A stretch of DNA of 64,000 nucleotides from Solirubrobacterales bacterium (lineage in GTDB: Bacteria; Actinomycetota; Thermoleophilia; Solirubrobacterales; Solirubrobacteraceae), in the NCBI GenBank assembly GCA_027449125.1, contig DAIDME010000034.1, forward strand, positions 28,380-92,379, written 5' to 3'. The translations under genes were made by a program, and so were the position numbers. Of this stretch, positions 31,641-40,486 are shown one piece after another. The notes below the pieces were generated by a model that did not search any database, had not been told where the DNA came from, and was given only the letters and a program-made list of their open reading frames with translations. Positions within the stretch are counted from its first letter, which is position 1. Every line of letters starts with the position of its first letter.

Positions 31641-32465
31641 ATGTCCACCTATGATCCCCACAGCACCGAGGGCTTGGCGGCACACGCCAGCGAGCGCCTG
31701 CAGATGAACGCGCGTGGCCTGTTCACCTCGGACCTCTCCGTCAACGAGTACCTGTGCGTCGAGAAGGCCGGGTTCTCACCAGTCGGCCTGGTCGTCGGCT
31801 CGAGCATCTACCACGTCGGCTACCAGTTCGCGGGCCTGCGCCAGAGCCAGGAGCTGGACGTCCTGAGCCAGGCCATGTACAACGCCCGCGAGCTGGCGAT
31901 GACACGCATGGAGGAGGAGGCCGACCAGCTCGGCGCCGACGGTGTCGTCGGCGTGCGCCTCGACATCGGGCGCTACGAGTGGGGTGCGGACATGGCCGAG
32001 TTCATCGCCGTCGGCACCGCGATCAAGCACAAGGAGGGCAGGCTGCATCGCGCGCCCAACGGGCGGCCGTTCACGAGCGACCTCTCCGGACAGGCGTTCT
32101 GGACGCTGATGCAGACCGGCAAGCGGCCCGTGGGGATGGTGATGGGCAGCTGCGTGTACCACGTCGCGCACCGCGGCATGATGCAGTCGCTCAAGCAGAC
32201 CGGGCAGAACGTCGAGCTCGAGCAATACACCCAGGCGCTGTACGACGCACGCGAGCTGGCGATGGAGCGGATGCAGAAGGAAGCCGAGGCGATCGGCGAC
32301 GGCGTGCTCGGGATCGTCGAGGTCAAACTGCACGAGAACAGCCACGGCTGGGGCAGCCACGTGATCGAGTTCTTCGCGCTTGGCACCGCCGTGGTCACCA
32401 ACGAGCACGTCGGCGACGGCATGAGCCTGCCCGAGATCACGCCCGTCCTGGACATCAACGACTGA
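31641..32465 (+). CDS. double YbjQ/DUF74 (UPF0145) domain protein, paralog B
   Basis: 274-aa ORF with two clear repeats. They are FTSDLSVNEYLCVEKAGFSPVGLVVGSSIY...GADGVVGVRLD...FIAVGTAIK and FTSDLSGQAFWTLMQTGKRPVGMVMGSCVY...VLGIVEVKL...FFALGTAVV. A strong SD (GAAGGAG) lies 6 nt upstream of the ATG. Confidence 0.75.
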   Translation: MSTYDPHSTEGLAAHASERLQMNARGLFTSDLSVNEYLCVEKAGFSPVGLVVGSSIYHVGYQFAGLRQSQELDVLSQAMYNARELAMTRMEEEADQLGADGVVGVRLDIGRYEWGADMAEFIAVGTAIKHKEGRLHRAPNGRPFTSDLSGQAFWTLMQTGKRPVGMVMGSCVYHVAHRGMMQSLKQTGQNVELEQYTQALYDARELAMERMQKEAEAIGDGVLGIVEVKLHENSHGWGSHVIEFFALGTAVVTNEHVGDGMSLPEITPVLDIND

Positions 32466-32542
32466 CGCTCGCCGTAGGCGCCCGCCAGCCGCCCCGAGCC
32501 AGCCTCGACTCGCCCGCCGCAGCGCGCGCCCGACGGCCAGCC

Positions 32543-33178
32543 GTGCTCGTCCTCCTGCCCCCTTCGCGAAGCCAGGCAGCCCCCGCCGGCGGGCGTCCCG
32601 TCGCCCTCTCGAAGCTCGCCTACCCGAGCCTGCGCGAGCCGCGCGAGCGCCTGCTCGCGAGCGTCGATCCCGCGCTCACCCGCGCTCCGGCGGCACCTGC
32701 CGCCGACCTCTACACAGGCGTGCTCTACAGGGAGCTCGGCCTGGGCGAGCTGCCGTGGGACGGCGTGCTCATCGCCAGCGCCCTCTGGGGTGTCGTGCGT
32801 CCCGGCGACAGGATCCCGGCCTACCGGCTGGACATCGCCACCAGGCTGCCCGGCCTGGGCGGCCTCGCGGCTCACTGGCGCGAGCCGCTGCGCTGGGCGC
32901 TCCCCGACCGAGGCTTCGTCCTCGACCTGCGCTCCGGCGCCTATGCCGCCGCCTGGCGCCCCCGCCGCGCGAAGCTGCTCACGGTGCACGCGTTCCGCGA
33001 GGCACCGGACGGGAGCCGCACGGTGGTCACGCACATGGCCAAGCAGGCACGGGGCAGGGTTGCACGACTGGTGCTGCAGGCGGGCGCCGTCAGCAGACCC
33101 GAGGAGGTCGCCGAGATCGTCGCCGCCACCGGGCTCCGCGTCGAGCTCTCCGACGGCAGGCTCGACGTCATTCAGTGA
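32543..33178 (+). CDS. yaaA: YaaA-like (DUF328, peroxide-stress protein family)
   Basis: This is the last 211 aa of the listed 474-aa ORF: VLVLLPPS..., DLYTGVLYRELG, IASALWGVVRPGDRIPAYRLD and THMAKQARGRVARLV. I placed the start at GTG 32543. Confidence 0.7.
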   Translation: MLVLLPPSRSQAAPAGGRPVALSKLAYPSLREPRERLLASVDPALTRAPAAPAADLYTGVLYRELGLGELPWDGVLIASALWGVVRPGDRIPAYRLDIATRLPGLGGLAAHWREPLRWALPDRGFVLDLRSGAYAAAWRPRRAKLLTVHAFREAPDGSRTVVTHMAKQARGRVARLVLQAGAVSRPEEVAEIVAATGLRVELSDGRLDVIQ

Positions 33179-33199
33179 CGCTCAGGCTTCCGGTCGCGT

Positions 33200-33223
33200 C
33201 CGGCCAGCCCGCTGGCTGGCCGG
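33200..33223. terminator. GC-rich hairpin between convergent genes (candidate intrinsic terminator)
   Basis: CCGGCCAGCC-cgct-GGCTGGCCGG, a perfect 10-bp stem with a 4-nt loop and no U-tract. A second 9-bp stem lies at 33234-33242 / 33260-33268. Confidence 0.4.
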
Positions 33224-33294
33224 CGCACAGCAGCCCCGCGTGGGACGGGCACGCCGCTACACGCGGGGCGAGCGCCGGCGCTACGACCAGCGGA

Positions 33295-34119
33295 TCAGCC
33301 GATCGTGATCGTCAGGCCGCCGCCGCTCGAAGGCTTGCCGCGGTGGTGACGCCTGCGGCGCGGGCGCCGGTTCCGGTGACGGCGCGGAGCGGTCGCCACC
33401 GATGCGCTCGTGGACTCGAGCGCGGGGCGGACCGCAAAGAAGCGCAGCTCGTGCGCCCATGTGAAGGTGAGGCCGGCGGTGCTGTAGCCCGACAGGATCA
33501 GATACGCGAACGAGCCGCTGCCACCGGCCGCGGAGTAGCCGCCACCGGCCACCAGCGGCGCCGAGGTCTGATTCCAGAGGATGATGTCGCGGTGCCCCCA
33601 GCAGCCCGGCGACCCAGCCGATGGGCACGCGAGGTTGCTGTCGAAGCCGTTGGGGCCGTCGTCGTACATCCACAGGTAGTCGGCGGCGACGATCGAGCTC
33701 GCCCCTGCCCAGATGGCGCCACCACCGGCGAATGGCCCCGCCGGGAACGGGGGGTCGGTTTCATTGGCCGCTCCCTGGGCGGCGAGGCGGTCCAAGGACG
33801 AGCTGAGCCCCACGATCGGAGCCAGGCCACGATTGACGCGCTCCAGGTTGATCAGCACGAAGCCCTGCTGCACCGGCGTGAGCCTCTGCCAGTTCGTTGG
33901 CAGCACCAGTGAGCCCACGCCTTCACGCCCGCGACAGGCGTCGATGTTGGCGACGCTCCAGTAGCCGCTCACCGTCGCGGCGTGGTCGCAATCGGATGCC
34001 GGGTTCTGCGGTGGCAGGATCCCGGCCGTGGCCGCGTCTGCGACGGCGGTGGCGAGCAGCAGCGTCAGGGCCGTCAGGCAGAGGGCGAGCAGCGAGTGGA
34101 TCCAAGGCCGGTTGCGCAC
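33295..34119 (-). CDS. secreted protein of unknown function (weak CAP/SCP-like resemblance) with Arg-rich C-terminal tail
   Basis: 274-aa ORF with a Sec signal MRNRPWIHSLLALCLTALTLLLATAVADA. CWGHRDIIL is reminiscent of the CAP-domain GHRxNIL. The tail is PRRHRNRRPRRRRHHRGKPSSGGGLTITIG. Confidence 0.6.
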   Translation of the reverse strand: MRNRPWIHSLLALCLTALTLLLATAVADAATAGILPPQNPASDCDHAATVSGYWSVANIDACRGREGVGSLVLPTNWQRLTPVQQGFVLINLERVNRGLAPIVGLSSSLDRLAAQGAANETDPPFPAGPFAGGGAIWAGASSIVAADYLWMYDDGPNGFDSNLACPSAGSPGCWGHRDIILWNQTSAPLVAGGGYSAAGGSGSFAYLILSGYSTAGLTFTWAHELRFFAVRPALESTSASVATAPRRHRNRRPRRRRHHRGKPSSGGGLTITIG

Positions 34120-34192
34120 TGCTCGTTATATCGGCAGTCGCGCCGGGAGGCGTAGCTGTGAGTGGCAACCTACGACACCGGTCCAGTTCAGC

Positions 34193-34999
34193 TCAACGGC
34201 AGATGGCCAAGAAGTCCAGCGCGCGGTACAGCGGCCGGCGCGCCGTCAGCTGAAAGTCGCGCGAGCTGATGCTCGCCGTGAAGCGCTCGTAGAACGGTGC
34301 CGTGAGCCCCAGGCGGCGATGGATTCGGTCCCAGCCGAGCGCGAGCGCGGCGTCGTGTGCCCGAAGCTTGCCGGCGTGATAGACGCCGTAGATCTCGACG
34401 GAGGCGAAGACCGACTCGCACAGCTCCCGGAACGCGTCCGCGCGGTACTCCCTCAGGTGCCAGGGATTGTCGGACTTCTCCGCGCCAGGGGGCGCGATCG
34501 TGAGCAGGTTGGGCGTCGAGATGTACGCGGTACCCCCGGGCGCGAGAAGACCACGCAGGTGACGCAGAGCATCATCCGGGTTGTGGAGGTGCTCGATCGT
34601 CTGCAGGAGCGTGACCGCGTCGCACATCGCCGGGCGCCCGTAACGCTCGAGCATCGCGCGCTCGAATCGCAGCCCGGGCTGCGTGTAGCGCAGCCGGGCG
34701 TGCTCGTGGGCATCCGGGTTGGCATCCACGCCGATCACCGTGGCGGCGCCGCGCGACAGCGTCGCGGCACCGTAGCCCTCGCCGCAGGCGAGATCAACCA
34801 CGCGCAGGCCGCAAACCCGCGTGGCGATCCACTCGTACACGGCCAGATGCCTCCTGAACCAGTAGTTCTCGGCCGGGACGTCAGGTAGCGTCCGCTCTCC
34901 GGTCAGCGCCAGCGGCGGCACTCCAGCGGGCTGGTCGCGCTGCAGATGGAGATCGGCGACCACACGTGACACGGTAACGTCATGGTGCGATGCAGGCAC
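34193..34999 (-). CDS. class I SAM-dependent methyltransferase
   Basis: Motif I VVDLACGEGYGAA, followed by LQTIEHLHNPDDALRHLRGLLAPGGTAYIS. The start is GTG 34999; in-frame GTGs at 34972 and 34963 are alternatives. Confidence 0.8.
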   Translation of the reverse strand: MPASHHDVTVSRVVADLHLQRDQPAGVPPLALTGERTLPDVPAENYWFRRHLAVYEWIATRVCGLRVVDLACGEGYGAATLSRGAATVIGVDANPDAHEHARLRYTQPGLRFERAMLERYGRPAMCDAVTLLQTIEHLHNPDDALRHLRGLLAPGGTAYISTPNLLTIAPPGAEKSDNPWHLREYRADAFRELCESVFASVEIYGVYHAGKLRAHDAALALGWDRIHRRLGLTAPFYERFTASISSRDFQLTARRPLYRALDFLAICR

Positions 35000-35919
35000 T
35001 GCGCTCTGACGAGCAGATTCGCGAGGTCAACACGCGCTACCACGACGTCGCCGCGAGCGGCTATGACCGGAAGTGGGGCATCGACTTCGGACCGACCGGG
35101 CGCGCACAGGTGCTTGCCAAGGCACGCAAGGGGCTCGGCGCAAGGCTCGACCACGGCTTCGCCCGAGCCCTCGAGGTGGGTGCCGGCACCGGCTACTTCG
35201 GCCTTCACCTGACGCAGGCGGGCTTCATCGCAGAGCTCACCTGCACCGACATCTCCGCCGGCATGCTCGAGGCGCTGGGCGCCAACGCCGGACGGCTGGG
35301 CCTGGAGACCGTGCAGACGGTTCGGGCCGACGCCGAGCGGCTGCCGTTCGCCGATCGCAGCTTCGACCTCGTCCTCGGGCACGCCATCCTCCACCACCTC
35401 CCGGACCTGGACCGGGCGTTCGGCGAGTTTCGGCGAGTCCTGCGACCCGGAGGGCGGATCCTGTTCGCCGGCGAGCCCTCCTCGCTTGGCGACCGGATCG
35501 CGCGCCTGCCGAAGCGAGCCGCACTGCTGGCGGCACCGCTCTGGCGCCGGGCGCTGGGGGCCGCACCGATCGACACTCCGGATGACCAACAGCAACCGGC
35601 GGCCGGCGCCCACCGGCTCGAAGCGGAGGTTGACATCCATACCTTCACCCCCGGACAGCTCGAGCGTCTCGCGCGCGGCGCCGGACTGGTCGACGTGGAC
35701 GTCCGCGGCGAGGAGCTGCTCGCCAACTGGTTCGGCTGGTTCAACCGCGGGCTGGAGGCGACTGCCGCGGACACGGACGTGCCGTGGTGGTGGCGGCAGT
35801 ACGCGTTTCGCGGGTACCTGTGCCTGCAGAAGCTCGATCGTGCCGCACTCGAGCCGCACCTTCCGACCGGGCTCTTCTACAACCTGCTGCTCACCGGCGG
35901 GCGGCCAGAGGACAGCTGA
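34990..35919 (+). CDS. class I SAM-dependent methyltransferase (Methyltransf_11-like)
   Basis: Motif I ALEVGAGTGYFGLHL, followed by FDLVLGHAILHHLPDLDRAFGEFRRVLRPGGRILFAGEPS. The start is ATG 34990. Confidence 0.85.
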   Translation: MQALRSDEQIREVNTRYHDVAASGYDRKWGIDFGPTGRAQVLAKARKGLGARLDHGFARALEVGAGTGYFGLHLTQAGFIAELTCTDISAGMLEALGANAGRLGLETVQTVRADAERLPFADRSFDLVLGHAILHHLPDLDRAFGEFRRVLRPGGRILFAGEPSSLGDRIARLPKRAALLAAPLWRRALGAAPIDTPDDQQQPAAGAHRLEAEVDIHTFTPGQLERLARGAGLVDVDVRGEELLANWFGWFNRGLEATAADTDVPWWWRQYAFRGYLCLQKLDRAALEPHLPTGLFYNLLLTGGRPEDS

Positions 35920-35924
35920 GCGCC

Positions 35925-36551
35925 GTGTCCGATACGAGCGCGCGCGGGTTTCCGCTCTTTCCGCTGCAGATGGTGGTGCTGCCAACCGAGGTTGTGCCGT
36001 TACACATCTTCGAAGAGCGCTACAAGACGATGGTCGAGACATGCCTCGCATCGGAGAGCGAGTTCGGGATCGTCTGGCTGGCGGACGACGGCCTGCGTGA
36101 ATACGGCTGCGCTTGCCGGATCGAGCGGGTCACCGAGCGCTTCGACGACGGGCGCATGAACCTGCTGGTGCGTGGCACGCGGCCGCTTCGCATCCTCGAG
36201 CGCGAAGGCGACCTCGCCTACCCGGCGGGGCTCGTAGCCTTCCCCGAAGATGTCCGCGAGCCTTCTCAGCAGGCGCTGCTCACGCTCGCTCGGCGGACGT
36301 ACTCAGAGCTGGTTCAGAAGGCGACCGAGCGTGAGCTCAGCGATGCCGAGCTTGGCTCCCTTTCCGCCTACGAGATGGCGGCAACGGTTGACTTCGGCCT
36401 CGAGTCCAAGCAGACGCTGCTGGAGCTGCGCTCCGAGCAGGCGCGTCTACGCCTCGTCACACGCCTCTTTCGGGCCGCTCTCAAGCGGCTCGACTTCGTC
36501 GACCGCGCCCAGGCGCGCGCGCGCTCCAACGGCAAGGTGCGCTTCGGCTGA
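35925..36551 (+). CDS. LON N-terminal (substrate-binding) domain protein
   Basis: FPLFPLQMVVLPTEVVPLHIFEERYKTMV...GRMNLLVRGTRPLRILE. I placed the start at GTG 35925, just after the preceding stop. Confidence 0.8.
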   Translation: MSDTSARGFPLFPLQMVVLPTEVVPLHIFEERYKTMVETCLASESEFGIVWLADDGLREYGCACRIERVTERFDDGRMNLLVRGTRPLRILEREGDLAYPAGLVAFPEDVREPSQQALLTLARRTYSELVQKATERELSDAELGSLSAYEMAATVDFGLESKQTLLELRSEQARLRLVTRLFRAALKRLDFVDRAQARARSNGKVRFG

Positions 36552-36598
36552 AGGGCATCGTCGCGCCTTCGGTGGTAGCGCACCCAGAGGGGCGACGT

Positions 36599-38848
36599 TT
36601 ACGGAATGACGACGATGACCTTCGCCCGTGGCCCCGCCGCAGCCTGCGCAGCGGGATCGGCGGGAGCCACGATCGGGCTGTCGGCCTGCAGGACGTGCGC
36701 CAGCAGCTTGGCCTGCACTCGTGAGCCGACTGTGTACAGAACCTCGTAGCCCCCCGGGGCCGGGGAGTTCAGGTTGGACGCACCGAGCACGTCGATGTGC
36801 TTGGCACGGAGCGACCGGGCCAGCTTGCCCGCGGCCCCCTGCGTGGTTCCGGCGTTCAACACCACGACCGGCGCGCTCACCGGTGAAACGGAGGCCTTCG
36901 GACGCGGACGCGGACGCGCGGCACCCGTCGCGACGGCCACCACCACCCCGCCCCCGGCAAGGACGAAGGCGACGAGCGCCGCAAGCGCGAAGGTGGACAC
37001 CGAGCCACGCTGGCGGTACACCGCTCTGTCGCTCTGGCTACCGAGCACGGCTCCCGCGCCGGCGCCCGCCCCCGCCGCCGCCGGCATCGGCGCGCCACCG
37101 GCGATCCGGGTCAGCTGCCCCTCCAGCGCGATGAGGTGATCGCTGACCCTGGTGGCAGCCAGACGCATGTCTCCGACCCTGGCGTGCCGACGCCACAGCA
37201 GCAGGGTGCCGCCCACCAGCGCGAGAACCGCCATGAAGCCACCCACCTCGCCGACCGTTTGCACCGGCGACGGGGCTGCGCTGGCCACGGTGACGGTGGC
37301 AGGCGGTGCCGTCTGATGCTGGACGTCCTTACGCACCGAACCGGCGGCCGCTCCGATCACAGGTGCGGTGCGCTCCGCCACCTCGAGCATCTGCGTATTG
37401 GTCAGACCCAGCGTGAGCGTGTTCTGCACCCAGTAACCGGCACCGTTGGCAAACCACGCGACCGTCTTGATGTGAGCGCCGTCGTAGTACACGTAGTAGG
37501 TCCGGCCGGCGAACTTGAACGACTGCGTCGGGCTGTCGAAGATCGGCGCCGTCAGCCACGTGGTGCCCTGCACGTCGTAGTACTGGCCCAGCAGGCCCGT
37601 GGAGAACACGGCCACATAGATCGGGTAGTTGTGCCCGCCCGGGGCTGGAACCGTGTAGCTGCGGAAGCGCGTCGGGTAGCCGAACCCGTTGTCAATCTTC
37701 ACCGGCGGAACCTCAAGCGGGAACGAGAGGTGGCGAGCGATCGCCCTGGCGTTCGCCAACGTCGTCGCCGACACCGGCACGAGATCCGGCGTTGCCGTCT
37801 TGGAGGCCCGCACCCGCTTCGCCAGCCCCACGGTCGTGCGCTTCGCCGGTGGGATGCCGGTCCCGTAGAGGAACGAGTCGACGCTCTCGGTTATCTGCTG
37901 CGGCGAGGAGGTGACGCACGCGCAGTTGGTGGCGACGCCGAGGTTGGCCTGGAACTTCACCTGCCGCACAGGCCGGCTGGCCACCTGAATCAACGTCCCG
38001 ATCAGGTTCTGGACGCCCTGCTGCGTGTGCAGCGAGGCGTCGGTCTGCACCAGGTGGCCGAAGATGTTCTCGAACTTGGCGATGTGGTCGATCAACGTCG
38101 GCCCGTACTGCTGCTTTACCTCGAGCAGGAAGTCCTGGTCGCGAGCGTCACGCTCGAGCGAGGTGTCGTCGTGGCGGTATGTCACGAACTGGAGGGCCTG
38201 GCGCCCGCACAGCTTCTGGTAGCCCGGCTGCAGGTTCACCTGGAAGTACTGTGGCCCGCCGGGCCGGTTCACGTGGAAGTAGCGGCGGTCGATCGTGCCG
38301 TAGACGCAACCCATCTCGTTCACGGCCTTGACGAAGTTGCCGAAGTCGATCTCCACCACGTGGTTGACCGAAAGCCCCGTCACCTGCTTGATCATCGACA
38401 CCACCCGGTTGATCCCGCCGCACATCAGTGCGGCGTTCAGGCGCGTCGTCGTCAGACCGTTGCAGCTGGGGTTGAAGGTCACCTGCAGCTCGCGCGGGAT
38501 CGACATCATCGAGATCCAGGGCTTGCCCGGGTCGATCCGGACCAGCAGCATCTCGTTGGCGTGCGGCACCACCGGCGTGGTGCTCGTGTGCAGGCGCTGG
38601 TCGTTGCCGATCAGCAGCAGCGTCTGGGGACCGCCGAACGGTGCCGGTGCCAGCGTGCCGTTGCTCAGCACGAGGCTCTTGCTGGAGCCGATCGCGTGCG
38701 TGAGCTGCGCGACCTGGGCGTTGACGAACACGACCGTCGTCGCGGCCGCCGCCACCACTACCGCGAACGCGGCCACGAGGACCCTCAACGGTGCAGGCAG
38801 GCGTCGGCCGTTCGCTCGCATCATCGACGATGATATTGGCCGTCGCAT
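36599..38848 (-). CDS. LytR-CpsA-Psr (LCP) family phosphotransferase with extra domains and C-terminal LytR_C-like domain
   Basis: 749-aa ORF with an N-terminal TM. The LCP core is LLLIGNDQR...ANEMLLVRIDP...MMSIPRELQV...VNHVVEIDFGNFVKAVNEMG...CGRQALQFVTYRHDDTSLERDARDQDFL. There are two further hydrophobic segments. The C-terminus is VVVLNAGTTQGAAGKLARSL.... Confidence 0.88.
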   Translation of the reverse strand: MRRPISSSMMRANGRRLPAPLRVLVAAFAVVVAAAATTVVFVNAQVAQLTHAIGSSKSLVLSNGTLAPAPFGGPQTLLLIGNDQRLHTSTTPVVPHANEMLLVRIDPGKPWISMMSIPRELQVTFNPSCNGLTTTRLNAALMCGGINRVVSMIKQVTGLSVNHVVEIDFGNFVKAVNEMGCVYGTIDRRYFHVNRPGGPQYFQVNLQPGYQKLCGRQALQFVTYRHDDTSLERDARDQDFLLEVKQQYGPTLIDHIAKFENIFGHLVQTDASLHTQQGVQNLIGTLIQVASRPVRQVKFQANLGVATNCACVTSSPQQITESVDSFLYGTGIPPAKRTTVGLAKRVRASKTATPDLVPVSATTLANARAIARHLSFPLEVPPVKIDNGFGYPTRFRSYTVPAPGGHNYPIYVAVFSTGLLGQYYDVQGTTWLTAPIFDSPTQSFKFAGRTYYVYYDGAHIKTVAWFANGAGYWVQNTLTLGLTNTQMLEVAERTAPVIGAAAGSVRKDVQHQTAPPATVTVASAAPSPVQTVGEVGGFMAVLALVGGTLLLWRRHARVGDMRLAATRVSDHLIALEGQLTRIAGGAPMPAAAGAGAGAGAVLGSQSDRAVYRQRGSVSTFALAALVAFVLAGGGVVVAVATGAARPRPRPKASVSPVSAPVVVLNAGTTQGAAGKLARSLRAKHIDVLGASNLNSPAPGGYEVLYTVGSRVQAKLLAHVLQADSPIVAPADPAAQAAAGPRAKVIVVIP

Positions 38849-38953
38849 ACGGCGCGTCTGAAGGACACCTACCGAGAACCTAAAGCGTGTGCCGCAGGCC
38901 GGTCAGACGCCGCGCGGGTCGCTGGTCCGCGCCGGCCCGCGAACCCGCGGCGG

Positions 38954-40486
38954 TCATCCGCGCGGCATGAACTCAGGTACCTCGAGCACATCCGCCAAGC
39001 GCGGGGCGTCCTGTCCGTAGCTGCGCTCGCCGCGACGCACGCGCGGCTCGCCCGTGGGCTCGACCAACCGCGGACGCGGGCGGGGCTCGTCGTAGCCGGT
39101 CGCGACGACCGTGATCCACACCTGACCGCCCTCGATCTTCTCGTCGACCATGGCGCCGAAGATGATGTTCGCGTCAGGATGGGCCGCTTCCGCAACCGCC
39201 CTGGCCGCCTCGTTTACCTCCCAAAGCGAGATGTCGGGGCCACCGGTGATGGACAGCAGGAGCGAACGGGCGCCCTCCACGCTTGTCTCGAGCAGCGGCG
39301 AAGCCACGGCCGCCTCGGCCGCCTCGATCGCGCGACGCTCGCCGGTGCCCATGCCGATCCCGAGCAGCGCGCTGCCCGCATCCGACATGATCGTGCGCAC
39401 ATCCGCGAAGTCCAGGTTGATGAGGCCGGGGAGCGTGACCAGGTCGGAGATCCCCTGCACGCCCTGGCGCAGGACGTCGTCGGCCACACGGAACGCCTCG
39501 ACCATTGTCGTGTTGCGGTCGAGCACCGTCAGCAGACGGCTGTTCGGCACCACGATCAGCGTGTCGACCGCGTCCTTGAGCGCCTGGATGCCCGCCTCAG
39601 CCTGTTCCCGCCTGCGGCTGCCCTCGAACTGGAACGGCCGCGTGACGATCCCGACCGTGAGCGCGCCCAGCTCGCGGGCGATGTCTGCCACGACGGGCGC
39701 GGCGCCGGTGCCGGTGCCGCCACCGGCACCGGCGGCGATGAACACCATGTCAGCGCCGCGGAGCAGCGCCTTGATCTGGTCGTGCTCCTCCCGCGCCGCC
39801 TGCCTACCCAGGTCCGGGTTCGATCCGGAGCCCAGGCCGCGTGTGATGGCCTCGCCGATGTGCAGCGTGGTGCTGGCGGCCGAGGTCTGCAGCGACTGCA
39901 GGTCGGTATTGATCGCGATGAACTCGACGCCCTCGATGTCGGCTTCGATCATGCGGTTGACGGCGTTCACGCCTGCACCACCGACTCCGACCACGCGGAT
40001 CACCGGCCGCCCGACCGGACGCAGCGAGCTGAGCGCCGGCTCGAAGTGGGACTGGGGACGCGCGTACACGTCGGGTGGCGCCGCGGTGGGCTGCTTCCGG
40101 TCAGCTTCAGCCGGAGGATCCATCAGGCTCGCTGGAATGTCCGCCGCAAACGCCAGCTCCAGGCGCTCCTGCGGGGATGGAACGCCCGGGAGTCGCGGCT
40201 GACCTGTGCCGACGCCGTGCTGCGCCGGTGCGCCCAGAGGCGCGGACGGCGCCAGTGAGGGGTGCGGCAGCGCCCGCGGCGGTGCGGCCGGCTCCGGTGC
40301 GGCCGGCTCCGGTGCGGCCGGCCTTGGCGCGGCCAGCTCCGGCGCGGCCGGCCCTGGTGCGGCCGGCTCCTGGGCCCCGGCGGCCGCCTGCGCAGGCTCC
40401 GTTGGCGGCTCCGTGTCCAGTGCAGTCTTGCGGAACAGCTGCGAGAGCGGCCCTTCGCGCATACTCGCGCGCTTAGCGGTGGGCAT
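38954..40486 (-). CDS. ftsZ: cell division protein FtsZ with ~165-aa N-terminal extension
   Basis: The core is [18 protein letters not shown]..., [11 protein letters not shown] (tubulin signature) and the T7 region [12 protein letters not shown]. The C-terminal peptide is [13 protein letters not shown] 40486 is preceded by AAGGAGGT with an 8-nt spacer. Confidence 0.93.
   Translation of the reverse strand: MPTAKRASMREGPLSQLFRKTALDTEPPTEPAQAAAGAQEPAAPGPAAPELAAPRPAAPEPAAPEPAAPPRALPHPSLAPSAPLGAPAQHGVGTGQPRLPGVPSPQERLELAFAADIPASLMDPPAEADRKQPTAAPPDVYARPQSHFEPALSSLRPVGRPVIRVVGVGGAGVNAVNRMIEADIEGVEFIAINTDLQSLQTSAASTTLHIGEAITRGLGSGSNPDLGRQAAREEHDQIKALLRGADMVFIAAGAGGGTGTGAAPVVADIARELGALTVGIVTRPFQFEGSRRREQAEAGIQALKDAVDTLIVVPNSRLLTVLDRNTTMVEAFRVADDVLRQGVQGISDLVTLPGLINLDFADVRTIMSDAGSALLGIGMGTGERRAIEAAEAAVASPLLETSVEGARSLLLSITGGPDISLWEVNEAARAVAEAAHPDANIIFGAMVDEKIEGGQVWITVVATGYDEPRPRPRLVEPTGEPRVRRGERSYGQDAPRLADVLEVPEFMPRG
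40281..40370. repeat. six tandem 15-nt units inside the ftsZ 5' region (encode AAPEP-type Pro/Ala pentapeptides)
   Basis: GGTGCGGCCGGCTCC occurs perfectly at 40281, 40296 and 40356. Variants occur at 40311, 40326 and 40341. Confidence 0.9.

Noticed and set aside
31754-32542. N-terminal part of the listed 474-aa ORF (31754-33178), overlapping DUF74 paralog B.
   Set aside because: It is an off-frame Arg/Ala/Gly-rich translation of the DUF74-B gene. The YaaA-like similarity begins only at about 32543.
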